A stretch of 64,000 bases of DNA from a virus. This document shows positions 35,817 through 45,330 of this stretch, piece after piece. Made by a program: the position numbers and the translations under genes. How positions within the stretch are numbered: the stretch's first letter is position 1; every line of letters starts with the position of its first letter. The stretch lies in IMG/VR virus record IMGVR_UViG_3300029959_000812, positions 1-64,000 of that record. One strand, given 5' to 3'. The notes under the pieces were generated by a model that had not been told where the DNA came from, did not search any database, and saw only the letters and a list, made by a program, of their open reading frames with translations.

Positions 35817-36775
35817 CCTCACCAGAACAGATGAACAATGCCGCTGTTAAGACTTTACACAATGGCATTAAACTATTTCCCGTCGAAGGCATCCATAACG
35901 GATACTGCACCTGTGGGCGAAAGGTTAACGAGTGCACACAGAAAAGCGGGAAGGTCCAGGCGGGAAAACATCCAATATTAAAACTTGGAAGCTGGACACG
36001 TCTTAGCACCAATAACCCGGAGAATTTACTTGCATATCTGTTTGAAGTGCCGGGCCGAAATCTTGCTTTCCATGCTGGAGCTAATAACGCAATTATAACA
36101 GACTTCGACGACGAGGAAGGGTGTAAAGCGTTTGAAAAACTATTTGCCGAACATCCCGAATGGTTCGATACTCCAGCAGAGAAAAGCGGCAAAGGCTATC
36201 ACGTATTGCACCGTCAGACCGTCGAACCAGTAGAGGCTTTTAACACAGTGTACGGCGAGGTTCGCACCGGCGACATGTATTGTGTTACTGCACCGAGCAA
36301 CCATTACAGCGGGGCAGAATATCGGGCACTCGAAGGCCATGCACTATATGAGAAGCCCCTATTAGAAATGCCGGGCGCATTTCTGGCTTATCTTAACAGT
36401 ATAAGGAAATCTAAGCCTGTTAACGTCGAACAGACAACGATAAAGCCGATAATTGGGAACAATCACGATAGGATATTTTCAAAGTATGATCTTCCGTCTT
36501 GGCTTGTCTCTCAATTGAAAAAAGGAAGTACCGCAAATGATAGAAGCGGGGCATTATTCCATGAAGCTTGTACTTTAATCGCCTATAGCGTGGATGACGC
36601 GGATATTTATTACCTGTTGGAATATTCGCCAAACAACAAATTCAACGGAAGACATGACGAACAGAAGCGCATAAACGCCACTATAAACGAGGCTAAATCG
36701 TCTGTAGGTAAGAAGAGACAGGATAGGATACAAGAGCGTAAAAGGGCTTTGTCGTCGCTCAAGGGGGCTTTCTAA
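35813..36775 (+). CDS. Archaeo-eukaryotic primase superfamily prim-pol
   Basis: AEP motif I IITDFDDEEG, motif II SGKGYHVLH, and an N-terminal LFPV…GKHP pattern like bifunctional prim-pol domains. Confidence 0.8.
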   Translation: MTSPEQMNNAAVKTLHNGIKLFPVEGIHNGYCTCGRKVNECTQKSGKVQAGKHPILKLGSWTRLSTNNPENLLAYLFEVPGRNLAFHAGANNAIITDFDDEEGCKAFEKLFAEHPEWFDTPAEKSGKGYHVLHRQTVEPVEAFNTVYGEVRTGDMYCVTAPSNHYSGAEYRALEGHALYEKPLLEMPGAFLAYLNSIRKSKPVNVEQTTIKPIIGNNHDRIFSKYDLPSWLVSQLKKGSTANDRSGALFHEACTLIAYSVDDADIYYLLEYSPNNKFNGRHDEQKRINATINEAKSSVGKKRQDRIQERKRALSSLKGAF

Positions 36776-38811
36776 TGGAAGCCTATGCAGTTGTACCCGA
36801 GAACATCCTCAAGCAAGGTCGAGATGATGACACGATCCGAAGCATGTACGAAAAAAAGTATAATGAAATATTGCCTGCCGACATGGATATTGAATCCATT
36901 ATCAAAAACGGTCACATGTCAAAGGATAATCTCATTAGCCTTATCAAAGATGCTAAGACATCGACATTGACAGCTATAAGTAATCTGTTAGCGGGCCGTA
37001 CTCCTGTCGATCTGGAAGAATATAGCGCGGACGAATTTAAAACATTCAAAAAATATATGGGCGTAAGAAAATGGCTTAACGGATACCTGGAAATCGCCAA
37101 AGAAACAGAAAAAAATGGCAACATGGCGGCCAATATGAGTAATGAAAAATTTAAACTCATATTTGCTGTCACGGAAAAGATGGGTAAAGACGTAGATGAT
37201 GCTGACAGTATTCCTGATGCCGCATACATTAGCGAACTTATGAATCAAGACGAATTTGTTATGGATACTGACAATGAATATTATGTAATTGTCAATGACA
37301 TAAAGGGTATACGGCGGATTATCAGCATTTACAGCGAGGACTACAAAGCGCAACTATGTAACAGGTTTGAAACTATATTCGGTAAGCCCTCCGGGGAATC
37401 CGCTATAAAAAACGCGATACGTGCCAGGAGAGCGAAGATAACAAAGAGAATTAACTTGTTCGTCCGTGTCGCTGGGGAATCGATGTATACGAAAGACGCG
37501 AAGGTATACTATGATTTGAAGGATGGCCGGGCGGTCCAAATTGTGCCCGACGAAAAAGGCGATGGCGTCAGCATTGTACCCAGGCCGTTAATCTTTAAAG
37601 ACTTCGGATGTATGGGCGAACAGATCGAACCGGATCTAACCGCAAAAATTGACGACATCAAAGAATTATACCGGATATTAGATATGCGTGTACTGCCGAC
37701 CGACGAAATAGAAACGGATAACAAAGGCAGGATATTAACCGACGAAAAGAGCATGGATAAACTGTTTGCTCGTAACGAGTATACGGACCGGGTAAAAAAT
37801 TTCTTGGTATGCTGGATGCACTATAACCTTATGCCATTCAATACCGATAAGCCCGGTCTCGAGATCGACGGGCCACCGGGCAGCGGCAAAACAAGTCTCG
37901 TAAAAAAGATTGTTGGACTTGTTGATCCTTTGAACAGCGAAGATTTAGCAGCTCTCGAAGAAAACCGCGAGAACCTGATACTTTCATTGTCACAGCGTCT
38001 TATACCGGCATTTGACAACGTGAGTTATCTTAGCAGGATGCAAAGCGACGTATTTTGCCAGGCGGCAACAGGTATTACTTTTCAGCGACGGGTAAGATTT
38101 ACAGATAACGATATGGCATTAAACACTATACGCCGGTCGTGTATTCTTAACGGTGTAGGCAACCCGTTATCCATGAATGATGTTGGAGAAAGATACGCTT
38201 CGATTAAGCTTAGACCATTAGGAGAAAACGAAGGGAAACCGCTTAACGAGATCTGGAGAGATTACAACGAAAAGAAGTCTTTGATACTTGGGGCTATGTT
38301 CAAAATCGTTAGCAGGACGTTGTATACTATCGCCGCCGAAAAGTTGACCACAAAGAAAGATCACCGGATGTTAGACTTTGTTAGAATTTGCCGGGTGGTC
38401 AGCGAGACAATAACGAAGAACAGCGCAGACGATTTCGAGAACATATACAACGAATTACAGGACGATCAAAGCTCGGAGATACTTGCCAATGATATTGTGG
38501 CTCAACTATTAATAAACCGTTACGAGCATCTTAAACCTGGAGAAAGCACAAAACAGATGAAGCTTACGGACCTAAAAACAGAGCTGATATTTCAGCATCT
38601 TGGTGAAATCGGCGCTAATGGAAAGCACATTGCTGATGAAGTTGAACGCGAATTAACTAATCTGTCTCCTAAAACGTTTGGCGATAGGTTAGCTATGAAT
38701 ATTAAAGACCTTCAAAAAATAGGCTATAAGGTGTCGTTGTTAAAGCCCAGGGCTAAAACCGGGCAATATTCGTCCCGTTGGGTATCAATCAAAAAGTTAG
38801 ACGTTAATTAA
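36775..38811 (+). CDS. SF3 (D5/P4-like) replicative helicase / NTPase
   Basis: Walker A EIDGPPGSGKTS, Walker B-like LIPAFDNV. Translationally coupled to the prim-pol. Confidence 0.8.
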   Translation: MEAYAVVPENILKQGRDDDTIRSMYEKKYNEILPADMDIESIIKNGHMSKDNLISLIKDAKTSTLTAISNLLAGRTPVDLEEYSADEFKTFKKYMGVRKWLNGYLEIAKETEKNGNMAANMSNEKFKLIFAVTEKMGKDVDDADSIPDAAYISELMNQDEFVMDTDNEYYVIVNDIKGIRRIISIYSEDYKAQLCNRFETIFGKPSGESAIKNAIRARRAKITKRINLFVRVAGESMYTKDAKVYYDLKDGRAVQIVPDEKGDGVSIVPRPLIFKDFGCMGEQIEPDLTAKIDDIKELYRILDMRVLPTDEIETDNKGRILTDEKSMDKLFARNEYTDRVKNFLVCWMHYNLMPFNTDKPGLEIDGPPGSGKTSLVKKIVGLVDPLNSEDLAALEENRENLILSLSQRLIPAFDNVSYLSRMQSDVFCQAATGITFQRRVRFTDNDMALNTIRRSCILNGVGNPLSMNDVGERYASIKLRPLGENEGKPLNEIWRDYNEKKSLILGAMFKIVSRTLYTIAAEKLTTKKDHRMLDFVRICRVVSETITKNSADDFENIYNELQDDQSSEILANDIVAQLLINRYEHLKPGESTKQMKLTDLKTELIFQHLGEIGANGKHIADEVERELTNLSPKTFGDRLAMNIKDLQKIGYKVSLLKPRAKTGQYSSRWVSIKKLDVN

Positions 38812-38833
38812 ACAGACTCTTTTTCTTTTTTTT

Positions 38834-39186
38834 GTTGTGGGTTTTTTGTGGATGATTCTTTTTTAATTTAGGCATATATTACTATATTTTTCTAATAGTA
38901 GTAGTTAATAAAATAATAATAGTTGTGGGTAAGTTGTGGGTAAGTTGTGGGTAATGAAATTAGAAAATACTATTTATATATGCCTAAATTAAAAAAAAAG
39001 TTGTGGGTATTGTGGGTTTTATTGTGGTATCGTTCCAAGGGGGTAAATACTATTTTTATTAGAATTAATTAGAATATTTTAAAAATGTTATACCCCTTCT
39101 AAAAGTCTTTGATTTTACCCACAAAATCCACAAACCCACAACTTTTAAGGCGAGGCTATTGGATTTATATTAAAAAACACCCACAA
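38834..39186. repeat. Iteron field (candidate replication origin): >=7 forward and 4 reverse copies of the TTGTGGGT core, a 3x11-nt tandem (38921-38953), and a 38-nt imperfect inverted repeat (38859-38896 / 38959-38996)
   Basis: Read directly from the sequence. Forward cores at 38834, 38922, 38933, 38944, 39000 and 39010 (plus partial copies). Reverse ACCCACAA cores at 39117, 39134 and 39179, with ATCCACAA at 39127. Confidence 0.6.
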
Positions 39187-39479
39187 TTATATTAATAAAC
39201 TAATTTATTAAATCATAATCGTATACAATAAATTATCTATCTTATATATACTAAAATCTATTTTTATATGTTATAATCAAATAGTGTTAACTCATTTTGT
39301 AAACTTTGTAAGTCATTATTAGTAGTGTTAAAGTATAGCACGGTCTAATAGTAGACTATTAGCCTGGAGATCCGGCAGCTCTCAAAATTTTTTCAAATTC
39401 GAGAAAGTGAGAAAAATTGATGTGTCTTATCAACATAATTAATCTAAAATGTAGAATAAACCTTTAAATTATATGTTCC

Positions 39480-39526
39480 CTGGATAAATTGATTTGGATT
39501 TTACACTCTGATTGATTATTGCGGAC
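39480..39526 (-). promoter_or_regulatory. Conserved 47-nt element, diverged copy C
   Basis: CTGGATAAATTGATTTGGATTTTACACTCTGATTGATTATTGCGGAC aligns with copies A and B. No ORF is obvious downstream. Confidence 0.3.
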
Positions 39527-39567
39527 GAAATGCATATTGTTGTTGTCATTGTTATTTTCTATTGTAA

Positions 39568-39963
39568 TTAAAAAAAGCCGTTATTCCTTTCAAAGTAGTT
39601 TGTATATGTGTAATCTTGGTTTTTCTTTTCGCCGGATCTCTTTTTCTTATTGTGTATGTGCACGTTGACAACTGTTGCCCGGTTTGTGTCTCTTTCGTTT
39701 TTGGTCTTTTTGTTTTTTGGCTTGTGACTTGTCGGGGCCGGTTTGTTGACTCCCTGTATGCCTTCTCTGTATCCGTGCTGATAATTAGCTTTTACGTATT
39801 CGCCAGGTCTTTGCAGTACAGCCAGGGCGCGCCCTAGCTCGTAGAATATTGGCACAAGTAATCGATTGCTCGTTATAATATTAAATTTATCTGTTTTGCC
39901 CTGCAATCGATTTTCTGTAGCATCTTGGTATCTTTCTATCCTATGGCTTACTCGGTGCATCAT
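39568..39963 (-). CDS. Basic protein, paralog of 16491..17009
   Basis: Shared motifs FYELGRA, NYQHGYREG, TVVNVHIHNKKKRS and YFERNNGFF. Confidence 0.6.
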   Translation of the reverse strand: MMHRVSHRIERYQDATENRLQGKTDKFNIITSNRLLVPIFYELGRALAVLQRPGEYVKANYQHGYREGIQGVNKPAPTSHKPKNKKTKNERDTNRATVVNVHIHNKKKRSGEKKNQDYTYTNYFERNNGFF

Positions 39964-39970
39964 ATTGCGT

Positions 39971-40017
39971 CTGGCTGGGTTGATTTGGAAATTACACTTT
40001 ATTCATTTAAGGGGGCA
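39971..40017 (-). promoter_or_regulatory. Conserved 47-nt element, copy B, directly upstream of 39568..39963
   Basis: CTGGCTGGGTTGATTTGGAAATTACACTTTATTCATTTAAGGGGGCA differs from copy A at only a few positions. Confidence 0.5.
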
Positions 40018-40103
40018 TGTCAGCTTTCGCTCTCTCTCTCTCGCTCTAACACTATTCCTGCTAAATGAAAGAATAATTAAGAAGATAAATATAAAAAGAT
40101 TAA

Positions 40104-40670
40104 TTAAAATATAGATTCATCAAGTTCAGGGACATACATTCTCTGTATGTCTTCCTTAGTAAAGCTCTTAGGGATAGGCTCTACCTTGCAGGGAGTCATG
40201 ACAGGCAGGGCGACAGGCGCGCAGACAGGGATAGGCTCTGCCTTGCTAACTAGCAGCTCTCCATTAGTTCGTAACGCTAACCACTCATCAAGCATTAGGT
40301 TATCGTCGCTGTTCTCGTATTCTACATATAGGCTATAGTCTAATGTCAACACGTCGAAGTCGAGGGCGCAGGTTCGACAATGTAAACGTCGTTCTCCGGG
40401 CCGGTTCTTGTCTACTGCAAAATAAGTATTTAGTCCGTCACATTCTGGGCATTTGCGCGCGTTTTTCCCGTGGTTGTTAATGAAATAGTTTCGTTGATTG
40501 ATGAAGTCACATATTTTATCGAATCCGCCAGGATACTTTTCACAAAAACGCGTGTATCCTAACTTTTCAAAGCTTGCTAAAAGCTGTCCCTGTTCATCGT
40601 TTTCTATCTTCGGCATTTCAAGGTTTTTGAATAATAATACAAAACGTTCGCTCATGGTTTCACCTTTCAA
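40104..40670 (-). CDS. Zinc-ribbon protein (188 aa)
   Basis: CPECDG…HCRTC. GAAAGGTGA SD lies upstream. Confidence 0.65.
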   Translation of the reverse strand: MKGETMSERFVLLFKNLEMPKIENDEQGQLLASFEKLGYTRFCEKYPGGFDKICDFINQRNYFINNHGKNARKCPECDGLNTYFAVDKNRPGERRLHCRTCALDFDVLTLDYSLYVEYENSDDNLMLDEWLALRTNGELLVSKAEPIPVCAPVALPVMTPCKVEPIPKSFTKEDIQRMYVPELDESIF

Positions 40671-40862
40671 TTCTTGCGCGGTTTATTCCAATATCTGTTG
40701 CTGCACTTCGGGCAACTGACAGGAGGTTTTGACTGTCTAGGGAACCATTCGTGCCCACAGCGCAGACATCGGCGTTTTTTTATTTTAACCATATGCCTAA
40801 CTATCTATCGCTAACTATATATACCTACCGAACATATACGGTACTTAGCATATAAATAGAGT

Positions 40863-40905
40863 GCCGCATATGTGCGGGTTTCGACCTTCCCCGTACATAT
40901 GCGGC
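40863..40905 (+). other. 16-bp stem / 11-nt loop hairpin between a TATA-like box and the B2 operon
   Basis: GCCGCATATGTGCGGG-TTTCGACCTTC-CCCGTACATATGCGGC, with one G-T pair. Confidence 0.6.
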
Positions 40906-40928
40906 GGATAATATAAAGGTGAAAATCC

Positions 40929-41213
40929 ATGCCCCCGCGATTTACCGAGACCATTAAAATGCTGCCCGTGCTTCTACGTAAGCCGAAATATCAAAAAATG
41001 GCGCTAGAATATTCTATCGTAACGACTTTTTCAACCGGTTTGATCTGTATCTGTATCACGGGTTTTCAGCCGGTGAGCCGTCAGCCGGAGCTTTTCGGCA
41101 GATGTTTACCGTTTATTTTCCTTGGCGCGGTCCTCTCGCTCATATACTTTGTAATGTTTTTGATGGAAGGCCGGCCGGGCATTGGATTCCTTCGCAGGGG
41201 TGAAACGAAATGA
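40929..41213 (+). CDS. Small membrane protein (2 TM)
   Basis: AGGTGA SD lies upstream. ATGA overlap with the B2 start. Confidence 0.5.
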   Translation: MPPRFTETIKMLPVLLRKPKYQKMALEYSIVTTFSTGLICICITGFQPVSRQPELFGRCLPFIFLGAVLSLIYFVMFLMEGRPGIGFLRRGETK

Positions 41214-43894
41214 AAACAAAATTTTTTGTTATACTCGCAATCGTAGCATTAGCCTTGATAGCAGGCACAGCGAGCGCGACGACTCCGGCAAATTATAGTC
41301 TTAGCGCTTCGACGTATGACGTTTATGATAATGCTGGTAGTCTTTCGGTGTCTGTCACGGCGAGTATGACGGCTAATCCTGGTTATGAGGATGGGCTTAC
41401 CGGTTGGGCGTTGTTTGGTTCAGGGGCTAGTGCTAGTTCCTCTGTTGTACATAGCGGCATTGGAAGCGCATATGTTGTAAGCACTACGGGCAATTTTATT
41501 GGTGCGTCGCAGCGTGTTTTGGCTACGGGCGGCGAAACGTTAATGTTAGACGCTTATTGTTATCCGACAGCATATGTTGGAGCTAATAGCGTTTATGTCC
41601 AAATATATCAGTATAATGCTACTGGTGGCATAATCGGCACGTATACTATCGCCGCGCCTTCGACATTGAACCAGTGGCATGAACTAACCGGGACATTTAC
41701 AACAAATGCCAATACTGTAAACGTACTGGTTAGCATAATTACGTATGATGGCAGCATAGCATATTTTGACGATGTAAAACTAATACCCGTCTCTTATACG
41801 GGCAGCGTAGACTATGCCACCGCAGACGGAACCGCGACGGCAGGATACGATTATACCGCGACTAGTGGCACGTTGAGTTTCGCAGCGGGCGAAACAAGCA
41901 ACACGTTTACAGTGCCGATTATTAACAGGGACGCATATTATGGAAGTCGAAGTTTTAACGTTGCCCTTTCAAGTCCGGTTAACGGTAATGTGACGAGTCC
42001 GAGCAGCGCCACGGTTATGATAGCCGATACGCATAGTTCGATTAGTCCTATAAGTACCGGATACCGGTATTTGTATGTTAGTAATTGGGATAGCAGCAGT
42101 ATCACCGTGATCGACCCTAACCTACCCGCTAAAGTGGGTACGATATTGACAAGGGCTAAACCTTTAGATGTTGTTGTAAACCCGGCTGGCACGCTTTTAT
42201 ATGTTACGTATAGTCAAGCTACGCCTAGCGGTACATATGTTGATGTGTTTAATACGATTGATTATAGTAATGTTGCCAGCATACTTGTAAGTTCAAATCC
42301 GACTAGCCAATATTGCAGTATAACAATAAATGATGTTGGCACCCGCGTCTATGTTGGGTTGTATATTGATAACAAGGTCGTGGCGATAGATACTATCAAT
42401 AACATTGTTATAGACGATGTGACAATACCATATCCTGATTATGGTCTCGGTTATTTTAACGGCTACTTGTATGTGACCAGTTATCAGGATTTTGATACTA
42501 ATAGCGGAACGGTCTGGAAAATTGATTCTAACACGCTGGATATTATTAATCACATTCCTAATGATACTGTAAATTATCCTCGCGACGCTGTCATAGATAG
42601 GGCTAATGGGGTGCTTGCGATTTTAAACAACAATGATACGATTACTAGTGTGCCACTTAGTACGTTTATTCCGACTGGTGTTGCAACTACGGCACCTATA
42701 ACCGGGCCATTTGGTATATCGTATAATAGCAGCGGGTATGTTTTCGCAGGGTTTCCGGCAAATCCGAGCATTATAGCTTACTTTAAATTTAACCAGACTA
42801 CTCAAAAGTATTCTTTTGTAGCTAATACTGAAACCGGGTTTACAGATATCAACGACGTATATTATGATATTTATAATAATACTTTGTGGGCTACAAAAAG
42901 AACTACTGGTGACGTATATATTTATGATGCAAACAATAAAACCACATTAGGCTATATCCATAGCGGTAATGGGGCATTACGTATTAGTGTAGGCACGCAG
43001 GCAACTAGGGCGGTACAGTTAACACAGTTTAAACTTACTACGCTTGGCTATCTTGGACTTGATAACGTTCCAACAGCAGTATACCTTAATGGCTATTTGA
43101 TGTTCACAGGAGTAACAGACGGTAACGGCGTATTTGCGTGTTACCTGAATCCAACATCGACGTACCAGGTAGCATTTAACAGTCCTGCAAACGGCGTCAA
43201 CGCAACGTATACGATTACACCGACAAATTCGTATTATGGTTTTGATCAGCCGTTCCTGGACGTTATCGGCGGTCAGTTCTCTAATCTTTTAGGTCCGATT
43301 GTGACGCCTGACAGTTTTGGTAATCAGAGTCAGGTATCATATCAGCAGAGTGCAGACTTCGATCAGGTTAGCAATACCGGGTACATCAACGGATCGTATG
43401 TTGATTATAGCGGCGCTACTACCGCGTTATCGTTTAAACTGTACGGGAACAATTCGACCTTTGGCGGAACTCCGACGCTGATCGAGACACAGACAGCCGG
43501 GGCCGGTGGGAACTATAACTTTACTGTACTCGATGCGGGCGGAAATAGTTATTATGTAGAAATTACTGCAACGCAGAGCGACGCGAGCACTAAAAAATAT
43601 TATCCGCAGGGCGTCGGGTTTCCGGGACAAATTGTATTAGCAGAGACCGGTATAAGGCTTGATTGGCTGTTCTATATTGGAATGGCTATCCCATTGTTTA
43701 TTTGGGGTGCTGGCGTAGTTACAAGGCGTGGATATATGGGGTTTATTGGCACTGTTGCTGCTGGAATCATCGGTGGATATTGTTGCTGGTATCGTGTGTT
43801 TATCCCTGATTTGTTATTTTGGTCGGCGTTTGCGGCTTGTATGATTCTTTCTATTGGAGTGATTATTGTTGATGCGGAAAAATGGGGTAGGTAA
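41210..43894 (+). CDS. Surface protein B2, paralog of B1 (CBM-like, Calx-beta, divergent beta-propeller, Ig-like region, TM anchors)
   Basis: The N-terminal ~200 aa are almost DNA-identical to B1. The C-terminal ~300 aa are highly similar. The central ~330 aa are diverged. Confidence 0.85.
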   Translation: MKTKFFVILAIVALALIAGTASATTPANYSLSASTYDVYDNAGSLSVSVTASMTANPGYEDGLTGWALFGSGASASSSVVHSGIGSAYVVSTTGNFIGASQRVLATGGETLMLDAYCYPTAYVGANSVYVQIYQYNATGGIIGTYTIAAPSTLNQWHELTGTFTTNANTVNVLVSIITYDGSIAYFDDVKLIPVSYTGSVDYATADGTATAGYDYTATSGTLSFAAGETSNTFTVPIINRDAYYGSRSFNVALSSPVNGNVTSPSSATVMIADTHSSISPISTGYRYLYVSNWDSSSITVIDPNLPAKVGTILTRAKPLDVVVNPAGTLLYVTYSQATPSGTYVDVFNTIDYSNVASILVSSNPTSQYCSITINDVGTRVYVGLYIDNKVVAIDTINNIVIDDVTIPYPDYGLGYFNGYLYVTSYQDFDTNSGTVWKIDSNTLDIINHIPNDTVNYPRDAVIDRANGVLAILNNNDTITSVPLSTFIPTGVATTAPITGPFGISYNSSGYVFAGFPANPSIIAYFKFNQTTQKYSFVANTETGFTDINDVYYDIYNNTLWATKRTTGDVYIYDANNKTTLGYIHSGNGALRISVGTQATRAVQLTQFKLTTLGYLGLDNVPTAVYLNGYLMFTGVTDGNGVFACYLNPTSTYQVAFNSPANGVNATYTITPTNSYYGFDQPFLDVIGGQFSNLLGPIVTPDSFGNQSQVSYQQSADFDQVSNTGYINGSYVDYSGATTALSFKLYGNNSTFGGTPTLIETQTAGAGGNYNFTVLDAGGNSYYVEITATQSDASTKKYYPQGVGFPGQIVLAETGIRLDWLFYIGMAIPLFIWGAGVVTRRGYMGFIGTVAAGIIGGYCCWYRVFIPDLLFWSAFAACMILSIGVIIVDAEKWGR

Positions 43895-44077
43895 AATATG
43901 GTTTATCGAATTATTAAAAATTAATAGAAACCCCATTACACGTATTGTATAACAGCATTTTTATATATTATAACTTTTTGTGTTTACCATAGGGTACGCA
44001 CTCTATAAAACATATTATGAAAAAATAAATATAAAATTTTTATTGATGATGGCATTTTGACAAAAATAATAATCGTA

Positions 44078-45046
44078 TTAGGTAGACAAATACCCATCAC
44101 TATTAATATCTTTTGCAATTATCGGTTTAATTGTCTGACTATACAAAGTGGACCCATCACTTTTATCTCGAAGTTCTATAACGATGTTCAAGCACCCAGT
44201 AGGAATTGGCGCACCATTGAAATCTTTCACATACCATTTCTTATAGAAATCGTTTGATTGTCCTGGATATAATGAAAGATATTGGTCCGTAATAACAATG
44301 TTCTCCATATGTACGAGCTGCCCTAAAACATATATCGACGCATTGATTGCAACCGCTATATCTCCCTGGAATGGCTTGTCGCCAGTATTTGTAAATCTGA
44401 AATACCCGTCATAGTATTTTCCGAGTACAATAGCTTCTTTGTTAAAATCGTATGGCGTAACGTCATCGTTATGCAAAATTTCAAGATTGATAGACGGAGC
44501 TTTTACGATCTGTTTTTGTTTCCATAACTCATACAGTTTAATACGTTCCGCTTCGCCTTGCCCGTTCATCTCTTCCTTAAACTTACCAGGACTATGCATC
44601 CAGACATGTGGTGAACTATCATTATATCTGTTCGGAACCCACGGGTACATGTCTGCAAGCGCAGTATAATCGACAAACGAATTACCGGTAAGATTAATCT
44701 TATAATCGTTCGGAGTCTGATTATTAAGCCCGTTGTTGGCTATGCCCTGTAATACCTGATAACTCGTATCATCAACTGGCGCTGGCGTTGCTGTCGGTGT
44801 CGGCGTTGGCGTCGGCGTCGGAGGAACAGGCGTTATTTGTAAAGTCGGCCACGGAGTAACGATAGGTGCTTGCGCCTTTTCGCCACCATCGCTAATAACG
44901 GCCAAGACAAATAAAACACCTATCGCGGCGACAGCTACAGCTACAAGTACAAATATACTATATTTGCCTTTTTGCTTAGAGACGTTTGGCCGAACCGGTC
45001 GGCCACGTCTCGCGTTTTTATTCCTATTACCTGTGCCTGTGATCAT
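44078..45046 (-). CDS. N-terminally anchored protein with a Pro/Thr linker
   Basis: TM helix, then PVPPTPTPTPTPTATPAPV, then a globular domain. Confidence 0.7.
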   Translation of the reverse strand: MITGTGNRNKNARRGRPVRPNVSKQKGKYSIFVLVAVAVAAIGVLFVLAVISDGGEKAQAPIVTPWPTLQITPVPPTPTPTPTPTATPAPVDDTSYQVLQGIANNGLNNQTPNDYKINLTGNSFVDYTALADMYPWVPNRYNDSSPHVWMHSPGKFKEEMNGQGEAERIKLYELWKQKQIVKAPSINLEILHNDDVTPYDFNKEAIVLGKYYDGYFRFTNTGDKPFQGDIAVAINASIYVLGQLVHMENIVITDQYLSLYPGQSNDFYKKWYVKDFNGAPIPTGCLNIVIELRDKSDGSTLYSQTIKPIIAKDINSDGYLST

Positions 45047-45330
45047 GTTTTCGACTTTTCTTTTTCTTCGCCATTACCATTAGAAAGACGCTTCTGGTAA
45101 TACTGGTATAAAAGCGCAGTGTCTTTCGTACTAATAAGAGATTTTAAAAGATTCTGACTATACATCAAAGCCTGTTCCATATCCCTATCCATTGTTACTT
45201 CACGATACTTATTACCCCTGGCCTTGCTCTTTTTCACATCGTCAAGCATATCTTCATATGCAGTCCTTAGATCTTCCATTTCTTTACTAACAATATCTAT
45301 TTCTTTTTCCATTTCTTCAATGCTAATCAT
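45043..45330 (-). CDS. Hypothetical coiled-coil protein
   Basis: ORF track. Overlapping stop/start on both sides. Confidence 0.6.
   Translation of the reverse strand: MISIEEMEKEIDIVSKEMEDLRTAYEDMLDDVKKSKARGNKYREVTMDRDMEQALMYSQNLLKSLISTKDTALLYQYYQKRLSNGNGEEKEKSKT

Larger units (their letters stand above)
30647..40928. mobile_element. Candidate self-contained integrative/replicative module (repressor, mini-CRISPR, integrase, prim-pol, SF3 helicase, origin) between A2 and B2; boundaries not defined
   Basis: Based on gene content, and on the fact that it splits the A-B adjacency seen in A1-B1. No att repeats were identified. Confidence 0.3.

Noticed and set aside
40025-40045. The (CT)n microsatellite, also seen at about 54474-54488
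   Set aside because: The tracts are very short (6-7 units) with no evidence of function. Noted only as possible slippage-prone tracts near promoters.
20754-43894. A diversity-generating retroelement or invertase shufflon as the cause of A/B variability
   Set aside because: No reverse-transcriptase-like ORF is present. The variable regions differ wholesale rather than at adenine-specific sites. All four genes are co-oriented, so there are no inverted repeats for the serine recombinase to act on.
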